Shown piece after piece: positions 27,355-35,617 of a stretch of DNA of 64,000 nucleotides. Both the position numbers and the translations under genes were made by a program. The notes under the pieces were generated by a model that ran no database searches, had not been told where the DNA came from, and was given only the letters and a program-made list of their open reading frames with translations. The DNA is from Bacteroidales bacterium M3 (GTDB taxonomy: Bacteria; Bacteroidota; Bacteroidia; Bacteroidales; Muribaculaceae): NCBI GenBank assembly GCA_001689445.1, contig LUJN01000040.1, positions 2,467-66,466 of the forward strand. The letters are read 5' to 3'. How positions within the stretch are numbered: position 1 is the first letter of the stretch; each line of letters opens with the position of its first letter.

Positions 27355-27920
27355 TCATACCGTATTGTCACATTTGTTGCGTCAAAGGAATGTGCGGTGA
27401 GCGATAGGATGGCGTGGAGGAGAGTCCGACCACCCATGACAATGAGATAGCCTGATCGACAGCGCGACCTATCCACAAAAAGCACCCCCATCCCGCAGCA
27501 GATGCCTCCTGTCAGACAGTCATCGTAGGCCATTCCGTGACCGAGGATCAACATGATTGTAAAATTTTAGACCCTACTGTAACAAGTATCTAAACACTCC
27601 AAGCCCGGTAACGACACAAGCAGGCGACCCCTGCTCCCGGACGGCGCATAGTATGCGCCCGTGTCCCACTTGGTTTACATCATCAGACCTCACGGATATT
27701 CCTTTCACCTACGACACAGACATCCCCCTTGCCACTTTGATAATCGACAAGCCCACGCCGTGACGGCGTGAAAGCCAATTTCCGTGTTTGCCTGTCATGA
27801 GACCGCCGGACGGCCGCCGGGCACTCTCCCCCGATACCGTAGGGAACAATCCGCCACCATCGGCAACATCACAACCAATCCAATTTAATAAACACAATGA
27901 ATCACAAACGATTATAAAAG

Positions 27921-28265
27921 ATGCGAATGGATATTCTCAAGGAAATTCTGTTGCCCGGTCTCGCCGCCCTTGGAGGGATTCTTGCTACCGTGGCGTCGGT
28001 TTTGGGCATAGTAAGGAAACGGAAGCTTGACACGCTCGCCGAAGATCTTGCCAAATCGCGGGCGCGCACGAGAAGCCTGAGTAAAGAATTGATGCAGGTT
28101 TACATGAACGTAAACGAGCTGCTCGATATAGAAGAGAAACTTTCGTCGCAATTGGGAATGTCAAAGAAAAGCGTGAGGTCGGGACACAAGACAGACCGTC
28201 ACATTCACCCCAAGCACGTATCCACCCGCATCGAAGAACTTAGGAACCAATTAAATAACCAATAG
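27921..28265 (+). CDS. Small membrane-anchored coiled-coil protein, hypothetical
   Basis: 114 aa. One N-terminal TM helix (ILLPGLAALGGILATVASVLGIV) is followed by a charged helical region. It ends 3 nt before the LRR gene and lies in an AT-richer islet. Confidence 0.45.
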   Translation: MRMDILKEILLPGLAALGGILATVASVLGIVRKRKLDTLAEDLAKSRARTRSLSKELMQVYMNVNELLDIEEKLSSQLGMSKKSVRSGHKTDRHIHPKHVSTRIEELRNQLNNQ

Positions 28266-28268
28266 ATT

Positions 28269-30143
28269 ATGCAAAACATCATTAAAAAATTATCATTACT
28301 CTTGTTGGCGGGAATCTCTTTGTTCGCCTCGGAGATGTCTCATGCTGAAGACATTCCGGACTGTTATATCCGTCTTGCATCTAATCCACATACTTCGTCC
28401 TCGAGGTATTATGAGGGAACCACCTCAGACGGTATGATATTCGGCATATATTTGAATACTCCCGGCCATTACGGTGAAGGTTACCGTTTTGTTGGATTTA
28501 GGAATCCCGATGAAGTTCCGGAACGTGTCGTGATTCCCGAGAAAGTCCGCTTCATCCCCCAGTCGGGCGACGCTGAAGTAGCATCAATTAGCGTCGTCGA
28601 ATACTCGTTCAGTAATTGCAAAAACCTAAAGGAGATTGTTCTCGACTGTTGTAATGACCTGAATTGTTTCAGTGAATGCGAGTCTCTTGAGAGCATAGTC
28701 TACAGAGGGGGGAGTGAGAGGATTACAGGTCGAATCATATCTTCTCCTTTGCTTAAAAGTATTAAGTTCGGTGAATACTCGGAATTTGATTGCGTCCGAG
28801 CTTTCGCAAGCTGCCCTTCATTAGAGAGGTTAGAGTTGATGGGGGGAGGACAAGTAAGGGATCTCTTCCTACCTGAATCCGATGTTTATGGTTGGTCCAC
28901 TCAATATAGTTCCATATCTCCGGGAGACTGGGATTATAATGACAATAAGTACTATCGGGATTATTTTTCCGCTTCTTTTTATTGGTTCGGGAACATGGCG
29001 GAAAATGCGGAAATTGTTATTCCTTTCAAGTATCGTGCTCAATGTTATGAGGTTGATTATTATCATAATGGCCTTTACAAGATGGCCCGGAACATAAGGA
29101 TAGCGGATCCGGAAAACACTTTAACCCTGGAATATAGCCTTAATTACGCAGGCGAACTCGTAAATAAAATCAATCTTGATGATGTGTTAAAGGTACGCTC
29201 AATCAAGCTCTCCGGCCCGATCAATGGGGTGGAGATGGCCATTATTAAAAAAATGAAGAATATTGAAACCATCGACCTTTCCGACACCAGGATTGTTGAG
29301 GGGGGATTGCCCGGTGACTGTCAGACGCAAGAAGGAGTATTTCAGAAAGATTATCTGGAAGGTCTCTATCCCAAAAGGGTTTTGATGCCTAAGGTATCGA
29401 GGATTGAAAGCCTTCCCGAATGGCCTCTTGAGGAGTTCCGAATACCCGAAGGTGTTGAAAGCATGGGAACAATAGAAGAATTGCACTTCCTTCAGGAATT
29501 GGAGATTCCCTCAAGCGTAACTGAAATCGGAGAGCTGTATCATTTATCGTCATTGAAACGCTTGGTGATACCTGACAATGTTAAATCTGTCGGCACAATC
29601 GGCGGGTGTCCCCAGTTAGAGGAATTGGTTTACGGAAAAGGGATTGAATCGGTTCCCGGACTGGGCAAAGATAATTTCTGCCGGAAGCTCAAGAAAGTCG
29701 TGATGAGCGAGAACGTGAAGGATATATCCGGTTTCCTGGGATATAATGCGTATGGTAATGATAGATATTGTCTTGACGACGTGTATCTTCCTGTAGCGAG
29801 GGCAATGCAGTATCCCGAGACCATCCACGGCACCAATCTTTATGTGCCCAAAGGTTTCCGCAATACCTATCTGCTCTGCGGTTGGAATGAAGGATTCTCG
29901 AACATCATAGAGATGGACGACTCGGGTATAGAGGACACAGAGGCGACGGAGCGTGGCATCGTACAGGTTGAAGGACGGGACATTGTTCCGGTCGGCTTTC
30001 AGGAAGGAACCCTCATGGCGGTTTATTCGCTGGACGGCGCGTCGATCTATTCGGGACTGACGCAGAGGATACAAGGATTATCCGCCGGCATCTACATAGT
30101 AACCGTCGGCAACGACTTCCGGGCCAAGGTGATAGTGCGCTGA
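28269..30143 (+). CDS. BspA-like leucine-rich-repeat surface protein with a T9SS C-terminal sorting domain
   Basis: Signal peptide (LSLLLLAGISLFASEMSHA). Has repeated LRR_5-style units (FSNCKNLKEIVL.., CESLESIVY.., IPSSVTEIGE.., IPDNVKSVGT..). The C-terminus is LMAVYSLDGASIYSGLTQRIQGLSAGIYIVTVGNDFRAKVIVR. Confidence 0.7.
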   Translation: MQNIIKKLSLLLLAGISLFASEMSHAEDIPDCYIRLASNPHTSSSRYYEGTTSDGMIFGIYLNTPGHYGEGYRFVGFRNPDEVPERVVIPEKVRFIPQSGDAEVASISVVEYSFSNCKNLKEIVLDCCNDLNCFSECESLESIVYRGGSERITGRIISSPLLKSIKFGEYSEFDCVRAFASCPSLERLELMGGGQVRDLFLPESDVYGWSTQYSSISPGDWDYNDNKYYRDYFSASFYWFGNMAENAEIVIPFKYRAQCYEVDYYHNGLYKMARNIRIADPENTLTLEYSLNYAGELVNKINLDDVLKVRSIKLSGPINGVEMAIIKKMKNIETIDLSDTRIVEGGLPGDCQTQEGVFQKDYLEGLYPKRVLMPKVSRIESLPEWPLEEFRIPEGVESMGTIEELHFLQELEIPSSVTEIGELYHLSSLKRLVIPDNVKSVGTIGGCPQLEELVYGKGIESVPGLGKDNFCRKLKKVVMSENVKDISGFLGYNAYGNDRYCLDDVYLPVARAMQYPETIHGTNLYVPKGFRNTYLLCGWNEGFSNIIEMDDSGIEDTEATERGIVQVEGRDIVPVGFQEGTLMAVYSLDGASIYSGLTQRIQGLSAGIYIVTVGNDFRAKVIVR

Positions 30144-30274
30144 CGACCTTTATCCTTCCATATATCCCGAGGAGAGTGTGGCAAAACTTGGCAAATATGT
30201 GGAACGGCCCATCAATGTAGGGACATGTTGAGAAATTGGCAGTTCTGCGACAGCCTCACCACATCCTCACCCAT

Positions 30275-30309
30275 AAGGTGGTGTTGCAAGTTTGCAACAC
30301 CACCTTTTT
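30275..30309 (+). terminator. Rho-independent terminator
   Basis: aaggtggtgttgcaa-gt-ttgcaacaccacctt followed by TTTT. It lies 132 nt after the LRR gene stop. Confidence 0.65.
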
Positions 30310-30372
30310 CTAAATTCCACCCCAGTGCCCGATATTTCTGTGAAATATGGTTGCAGAATGGAGGAATATGAT

Positions 30373-30380
30373 TATTTTTG
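30373..30380 (+). promoter_or_regulatory. -7 promoter box (TAnnTTTG)
   Basis: TATTTTTG sits 93 nt upstream of the GH81 ATG. Confidence 0.3.
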
Positions 30381-30473
30381 CAACCGTATGTTATTTTGGC
30401 GGCATAGGTGTTTTTGTAAAGTGTTTTTGCCGCCGACTATTTTTATTAACAGGGATAAAGTGATTTACCTATC

Positions 30474-33365
30474 ATGAAGACAAAAATTCTTCTTGCGGCG
30501 GCAGCTGTGACGCTGCTTGCCCCATCCGCTTCGATGTCCGAGATTGTACAGGCCGGCAGCGGAAGTTACACAACCGAGTTTCCAGGCACCGATGCGGCCG
30601 GACGCAACGGCTATCCGACCGCCTCACTGCTGTTGAGCGGACGCGCCGTCGGCAAGCCCGTGCCATCCAACGACTGGTGGTCAAAAAAACTCACACATGC
30701 CACTCCCGAGAATCTGTTCAACTACCCGCTTGGTCTACAGACCCCGGGCAACGGACTGGTGATACTGAAAAGCCCGACCGGCGGAGCTATTGCCGGCGAC
30801 CGCCCTCTGACGGTGGGAGTCCGGGGCCTGTCATGTGACGCAGTGACCGTGTGCGACTATTCCGACTGGACTGTCACATTCGCATGGGATAACGGCTCGA
30901 CACGCATGGAGGCCATCATACCCACAGGCTCGCCGATGGTCTACTTCACCAAGACAGGTTCCCAGCCCGTGTCGATAGACTGGGGCAACTGGGGCGACCT
31001 GAGCATCAACGGCAACATAGCGGTCATCACAGGCAGTTTCAACGGTGCATCCTATGCCCTGTATGCCCCCTCGGGAAGCACATGGGAACGCGAAGGCTCA
31101 GCTCTCGTCTCAGACCTCGGAGGCAAAGACTATTGGTCTGTAGCACTCCTGCCCTCCTCCAACAACGCCTCCGCCCAGGCTGCGGAATGGCAACAGCACG
31201 CGTTTACATTCCCTGCCGACACCCGCGCGACATGGGTGTATGACGAGAAGACCGGACGCGTCACCACAACCTACACCGTAACTCCCGATGTCAAAGAGGG
31301 GAACGGCACATGCCTGTTCGGGCTTCTTCCCCACCAATGGGCACACCTCAAGGGCAACCCGTCACTGGAGGCAGCGACATACGAGACGGTGCGCGGCACA
31401 ATGCGCATGCTCGGAGCCAACAGTTTCTCCACCGAGTTGACCTTCCACGGCATACTCCCCACACTGCCCCAAGTGACTTCCGAGGCGAGCGGATACTCAT
31501 CGGCAGAGCTTGACCGCCTCATCAAGGAGACCCTCGATAACGACGGACTGGACCCGTGGACCGACAGCTACAACGACGGACAGCTACTCAACCGCCTCGT
31601 GCAGACAGGACGCATAGCCCGCGAGAAGGGCAACACGACCGCGTTAAACACTGCAATAGCAAAAGTGAAATCGCAGATTGAGAACTGGCTCACCTATACT
31701 CCCGGAGAGAAAGCCTTCTTGTTCTACTACTACAAGCCGTGGGGCACAATGTTAGGATATCCTGCAGGTCACGGGCAGGACACCAATATCAACGACCACC
31801 ATTTCCACTGGGGATACATAATCCATGCAGCAGCATGGCTGGCCCAGAACGATCCGGCATGGGGACAGAAATGGAAGCCCATGGTGGAACTGCTCATCCG
31901 TGATGCCGCATCGACCGACCGCAACGACCCGCTGTTCCCCTACCAGCGTTCATTCAGCCCCTACTCGGGTCACTGCTGGGCCAACGGCACGGCATCAATC
32001 GGCATAGGCAACGACCAGGAATCGACATCAGAATCCATGCAGTTCCACTCCTCGCTCATCCACTGGGGAGAGGTGACAGGCAACAAGGCCATCCGCGACC
32101 TCGGCATATACATGTATGTCACCGAGCAGTCGGCAGTAGAGGAATACTGGTTTGACATCCACGACCGCAACCTGCCTGCGGGATACAAGCAGAAAGGCAA
32201 GTTTGTAGTGTCGCGCGTATTCACCAATGCCTACGACTCCAACAATTTCTGGGGTGCAGGACCCGAAGGCTCCTACGGCATACAGCTCTACCCCATCCAC
32301 GGCGGCTCGTTCTATCTCGTCGACAATCCCGAGTGGTCGGCACGGTTCTGGCGTGCATTCGAGACCGACACCGACGTGCTGCGCAACGTGGAGAACGCCA
32401 ACATATGGTACGACACCCTGTGGCAGTTCCTCGCCATGATGGATGCCAACCGCGCCATCTCGCTCTACAACGCCTACCCGCAGCGCGGGCTTAAATTCGG
32501 CATCTCAGCTGCTCAGACCTACCAATGGCTCCACTCCATGGCCGAATTGGGACAGCCCGACCGCACCATAACCGCCGACTACCCCATCGCCGCCGCATTT
32601 GAGAAAAACGGCAAGATGACCTATGTAGCCCACAACTACTCATCGTCGCCACGCACAGTGACATTCTCCGACGGCGGCACACTGGAAGTCCCCGCCAACT
32701 CCATGGCTACATCGGAAGGCATATCCAGCCGTCCTATCGACCCGATTGACCCCATAGATCCTATCGACCCGGTTGACCCCGACCCCTCGGGCTATTGCAC
32801 CTACACCTCATCCGAGGCCACCGACGGCAGCTTTGCCGGGCCATACACCCTTTCCTACCGCACTGACGGCGACAAGGTGGAGATTACAGCTAAGTTTGAC
32901 GGCGACTATGTAGGCCTCGCCGTGGCATATATCTTCAATGAGACCCAGGGCTTTGCAGAGCTGCCGATGTCGGCCGACGGCGATGCCACATTCAAGGGAG
33001 CAATCTCCGGCGTATCAGCAGGACAGGAGGTAAAATTCCGCATCAAGATAGCCTATGCCGGCGGTCTCGGCGTCACCAACCAGGTGACCTACAAAGTCGG
33101 CACAATCTGCGACATCACGGGACTTGACACCCTCCCCGCCGATGCCGTGAACATCTGGCCGACTCCTGTGCGCGACATCCTCAACATTACCGTCAACGCA
33201 CCCTCAGCCCATACCTACGTGTGGGACGCATCTGGGGCACTCGTCCATGAGGCCGACATCGCCACCCGCGCGGCTATCGACGCCTCTGCCTGGGCACGCG
33301 GCATCTACTTCATCCGCATCGAGACCCCGCAAGGCATCCACGTCTCCAAAGTCGTGAAGCAATAA
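30474..33365 (+). CDS. Glycoside hydrolase family 81 endo-beta-1,3-glucanase with a Pro-Ile-Asp linker, a putative carbohydrate-binding module and a T9SS C-terminal domain
   Basis: Signal peptide. The GH81-type block is NINDHHFHWGYIIHAAAWLA. A (PID)n linker is followed by a ~110-aa beta-rich module. The C-terminus (VNIWPTPVRDILNITV...ARGIYFIRIETPQGIHVSKVVKQ) looks like a type A T9SS sorting domain. Confidence 0.75.
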   Translation: MKTKILLAAAAVTLLAPSASMSEIVQAGSGSYTTEFPGTDAAGRNGYPTASLLLSGRAVGKPVPSNDWWSKKLTHATPENLFNYPLGLQTPGNGLVILKSPTGGAIAGDRPLTVGVRGLSCDAVTVCDYSDWTVTFAWDNGSTRMEAIIPTGSPMVYFTKTGSQPVSIDWGNWGDLSINGNIAVITGSFNGASYALYAPSGSTWEREGSALVSDLGGKDYWSVALLPSSNNASAQAAEWQQHAFTFPADTRATWVYDEKTGRVTTTYTVTPDVKEGNGTCLFGLLPHQWAHLKGNPSLEAATYETVRGTMRMLGANSFSTELTFHGILPTLPQVTSEASGYSSAELDRLIKETLDNDGLDPWTDSYNDGQLLNRLVQTGRIAREKGNTTALNTAIAKVKSQIENWLTYTPGEKAFLFYYYKPWGTMLGYPAGHGQDTNINDHHFHWGYIIHAAAWLAQNDPAWGQKWKPMVELLIRDAASTDRNDPLFPYQRSFSPYSGHCWANGTASIGIGNDQESTSESMQFHSSLIHWGEVTGNKAIRDLGIYMYVTEQSAVEEYWFDIHDRNLPAGYKQKGKFVVSRVFTNAYDSNNFWGAGPEGSYGIQLYPIHGGSFYLVDNPEWSARFWRAFETDTDVLRNVENANIWYDTLWQFLAMMDANRAISLYNAYPQRGLKFGISAAQTYQWLHSMAELGQPDRTITADYPIAAAFEKNGKMTYVAHNYSSSPRTVTFSDGGTLEVPANSMATSEGISSRPIDPIDPIDPIDPVDPDPSGYCTYTSSEATDGSFAGPYTLSYRTDGDKVEITAKFDGDYVGLAVAYIFNETQGFAELPMSADGDATFKGAISGVSAGQEVKFRIKIAYAGGLGVTNQVTYKVGTICDITGLDTLPADAVNIWPTPVRDILNITVNAPSAHTYVWDASGALVHEADIATRAAIDASAWARGIYFIRIETPQGIHVSKVVKQ
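32733..32786 (+). repeat. 9-nt coding tandem repeat, six units, encoding PIDPIDPIDPIDPVDPDP
   Basis: The units are cctatcgac ccgattgac cccatagat cctatcgac ccggttgac cccgacccc. Confidence 0.9.
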
Positions 33366-33398
33366 CGCCCGACCGGCCACATACCATCAACGCCCGAC

Positions 33399-33432
33399 AA
33401 CGATTTCATCGTGTCGGGCGTTGTAATTTCAA
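33399..33432 (+). terminator. Rho-independent terminator after GH81
   Basis: aacgcccgaca-acgatttcatcg-tgtcgggcgtt followed by GTAATTTC. Confidence 0.65.
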
Positions 33433-33452
33433 GGACAATCGCTATATTTGCA

Positions 33453-33460
33453 GATATCCT
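33453..33460 (+). promoter_or_regulatory. -7 promoter box (TAnnTTTG)
   Basis: TATATTTG sits 15 nt upstream of the ATG at 33476. Confidence 0.4.
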
Positions 33461-33475
33461 CAACTCAAAGAGTCC

Positions 33476-33784
33476 ATGAAACTGATTGAACTAAATATCA
33501 AGCGCATCATAGAGCTATGTCGGCTCCATAGGGTAAAAACGTTGTCGGTATTCGGGTCAATACTTACCGAGCGGTTTAATGACAATAGCGATGTGGACTT
33601 GCTTGTCAACTTCGACACGACCAATCATGAAGAATGGGACTATGTGTCCAATTATTTCAATTTCCAAGATGCATTAGAGGCACTTTTTGGACGCAAAGTA
33701 GACCTCATAGAGGAAAAGGGCTTGAGGAATAAATATTTTATTGACGAGGTCAACCGCACAAAACAATTGGTATATGCCCGATAA
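33476..33784 (+). CDS. mntA: Nucleotidyltransferase-domain antitoxin (MntA-like, type VII TA)
   Basis: 102 aa. Contains the minimal NTase motif (VFGSILTERFNDNSDVDLLV). Confidence 0.75.
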   Translation: MKLIELNIKRIIELCRLHRVKTLSVFGSILTERFNDNSDVDLLVNFDTTNHEEWDYVSNYFNFQDALEALFGRKVDLIEEKGLRNKYFIDEVNRTKQLVYAR

Positions 33785-34127
33785 ATATATAATTGTCTAT
33801 CTTCAAGACATCCTCGATGCAATAAATGACATTGAAAGCTGCTTTCAAGAAGTTCCAAGGCGATACGACATTTTTGAAAACAGCATTGCCCTAAGATGCG
33901 TGGTGGAACGGAAAACCGAAATTATGGGTGAAGCACTAAACCGGATACGGAAAATCGACCCTGCATTCAATATTCCCAATCTAAGGGCTATTATAGATAC
34001 ACGCAATAGAATCATTCATGCCTATGACAGTGTCCAGCCCGAATTTTTATGGGGATTGGTAATCCGGCATATTCCTGCACTTAAAATTGATATCCAAAAG
34101 ATATTGACAGAATATGCAGAACATTAG
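33774..34127 (+). CDS. hepT: HEPN-domain (DUF86) toxin (HepT-like)
   Basis: Has the R(x4)H HEPN motif in RNRIIHAY. The ATG at 33774 overlaps the upstream gene by 11 nt. The ORF-track start at 33741 is less likely. Confidence 0.7.
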   Translation: MPDKYIIVYLQDILDAINDIESCFQEVPRRYDIFENSIALRCVVERKTEIMGEALNRIRKIDPAFNIPNLRAIIDTRNRIIHAYDSVQPEFLWGLVIRHIPALKIDIQKILTEYAEH

Positions 34128-34175
34128 GCGGAGTTTTCATGTTTCATTGATAGGAATCTAAAGTTTCAACGAATC

Positions 34176-34736
34176 ATGAACTCAAAAGGAAATATTCTCA
34201 CAAGCACGCTGCTCCTGTTTGTCGGCGTGGCATTGATAGCCCTCTACAACCGCGTGGAGCTATTCTCATGGATTGTAATAGCGATAGGCATACTCTTTAT
34301 TCTGCCGAGCCTCTACAACCTCATCGTACTCATCATAAGCAAGCGCGACAAGGAACGCACGGCACGCACCCCCGGGATAGTGTCGAGCATCGGCGGCCTG
34401 TGCCTCGGCATCTGTATGCTCGTCGATCCCGCCATATTTGTCGGCATCCTCGTCTACCTGTTTGCCGCGCTGCTCGTTGTCGGCGGCATCAGCCAGATTG
34501 CCCTCATCGCCTATGGCACGGCACCGCTGCGTGCCCCATGGTGGATGTATATCGTCCCTGTGATAATCACGGGCTTGGGCGTGTGGATGCTCTGCTCCAA
34601 CATCATCGCCATACAGTCGACCGTGGTGCTAATCACAGGCATAGCCTTTGTCATCACGGCCATAAACTCGATATTGGTCTATGTCGGCGCCCGCTCGGTC
34701 ACCAACAGTCACACCGACATCACTATACAATCCTAA
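34176..34736 (+). CDS. HdeD/DUF308-like multi-pass membrane protein
   Basis: 186 aa with six hydrophobic helices in a paired arrangement. No other motifs were recognised. Confidence 0.5.
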   Translation: MNSKGNILTSTLLLFVGVALIALYNRVELFSWIVIAIGILFILPSLYNLIVLIISKRDKERTARTPGIVSSIGGLCLGICMLVDPAIFVGILVYLFAALLVVGGISQIALIAYGTAPLRAPWWMYIVPVIITGLGVWMLCSNIIAIQSTVVLITGIAFVITAINSILVYVGARSVTNSHTDITIQS

Positions 34737-34834
34737 AATTTCAACCCGTTGATGTGTCAAAATTAGGTGCACGGAATTTATCCTCTCCGAGGAAAAGCTT
34801 TTAGCTTGATTTTGTTGCCCCACACAACGCAGAA

Positions 34835-34861
34835 GCGAGGAAATCTGACGATTTGCCTCGC
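34835..34861 (+). terminator. Terminator-like hairpin
   Basis: gcgaggaaat-ctgacga-tttgcctcgc followed by TTTTTACTT. It sits between convergent genes. Confidence 0.6.
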
Positions 34862-34952
34862 TTTTTACTTAGTGTGGGGTTAACTTAAATCAAAGTCTTC
34901 GACTTATCTTTGGCCCTGGTGCAATTTTGACACGGCCCCATTACTGTGGAGT

Positions 34953-35603
34953 CTACAGGCCGAAACGCTTCCTGACGTACTCGACCACAATGTCGGCGAT
35001 GTCGTCCATCGGGAGAAGCGACGAATTGAATGTCAGGTCATAGCTCGCGGCGTCACCCCAGGTCTTGTCGGTGTAGAAGTTGTAGTAGTTGGCACGCAAC
35101 TTGTTTACCTTCTCGGCCATGGCTCGTGCCTGCTCGGCAGTAGGCTTGTCGCCGCGCTTCATTATTCGCGCCACACGGTCCTCCATCGAGGCGTGGACAA
35201 AAAGGTTGACACAGCGGGGATGATTCCTCAACACATAGTCGGCACTGCGCCCGACTATCACGCATGAATCCTTGGCGGCAAGCGATGTTATGAAATCACT
35301 CTGTGCCTTGTAGATGCTATCGTCGGATATGGAAGTGGAGCCGGAGTAGCACGGCACGGGATTGTAGCCGAAACTGAACGAGAACAGCCCGCTGAGGAAC
35401 GACGGGGCTTTCTCATCGGCTCGCTCAAAGAACTCGGCATTGACACCGGATTGGCGTGCCGCCTCGGCCAACAGCTTCTTGTCATAGAATCCTATACCGA
35501 GTTTTGACGCGAGCAGACGCCCGAGTTCGCGGCCTCCGCTGCCAAATTGCCGTCCTATCGTTATGACAAAATTCCTGTCGTTGGCTTTCCCTTCCATAAA
35601 CAT
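34953..35603 (-). CDS. Cytidylate kinase-like family protein
   Basis: P-loop-like ITIGRQFGSGGRELGRLLASKLGIGFYDK is typical of the CMP-kinase-like family. The gene starts 14 nt after the gldN stop on the same strand. Confidence 0.7.
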   Translation of the reverse strand: MFMEGKANDRNFVITIGRQFGSGGRELGRLLASKLGIGFYDKKLLAEAARQSGVNAEFFERADEKAPSFLSGLFSFSFGYNPVPCYSGSTSISDDSIYKAQSDFITSLAAKDSCVIVGRSADYVLRNHPRCVNLFVHASMEDRVARIMKRGDKPTAEQARAMAEKVNKLRANYYNFYTDKTWGDAASYDLTFNSSLLPMDDIADIVVEYVRKRFGL

Positions 35604-35617
35604 GAGATTTTGGAGGA

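Noticed and set aside
27415-27440. RNase P RNA-like string (ggaggagagtccgaccaccc) in the ORF-free gap
   Set aside because: It only loosely resembles the conserved GAGGAAAGTCCGGGC core, and the surrounding sequence lacks the other conserved RNase P regions I could recall.
27306-27554. 82-aa minus-strand ORF in the ORF-free gap (MLILGHGMAYDDCLTGGICCG...)
   Set aside because: It has no recognisable family and an odd Cys/Gly composition. No promoter box precedes it. I treated it as part of the non-coding or decayed gap finding instead.
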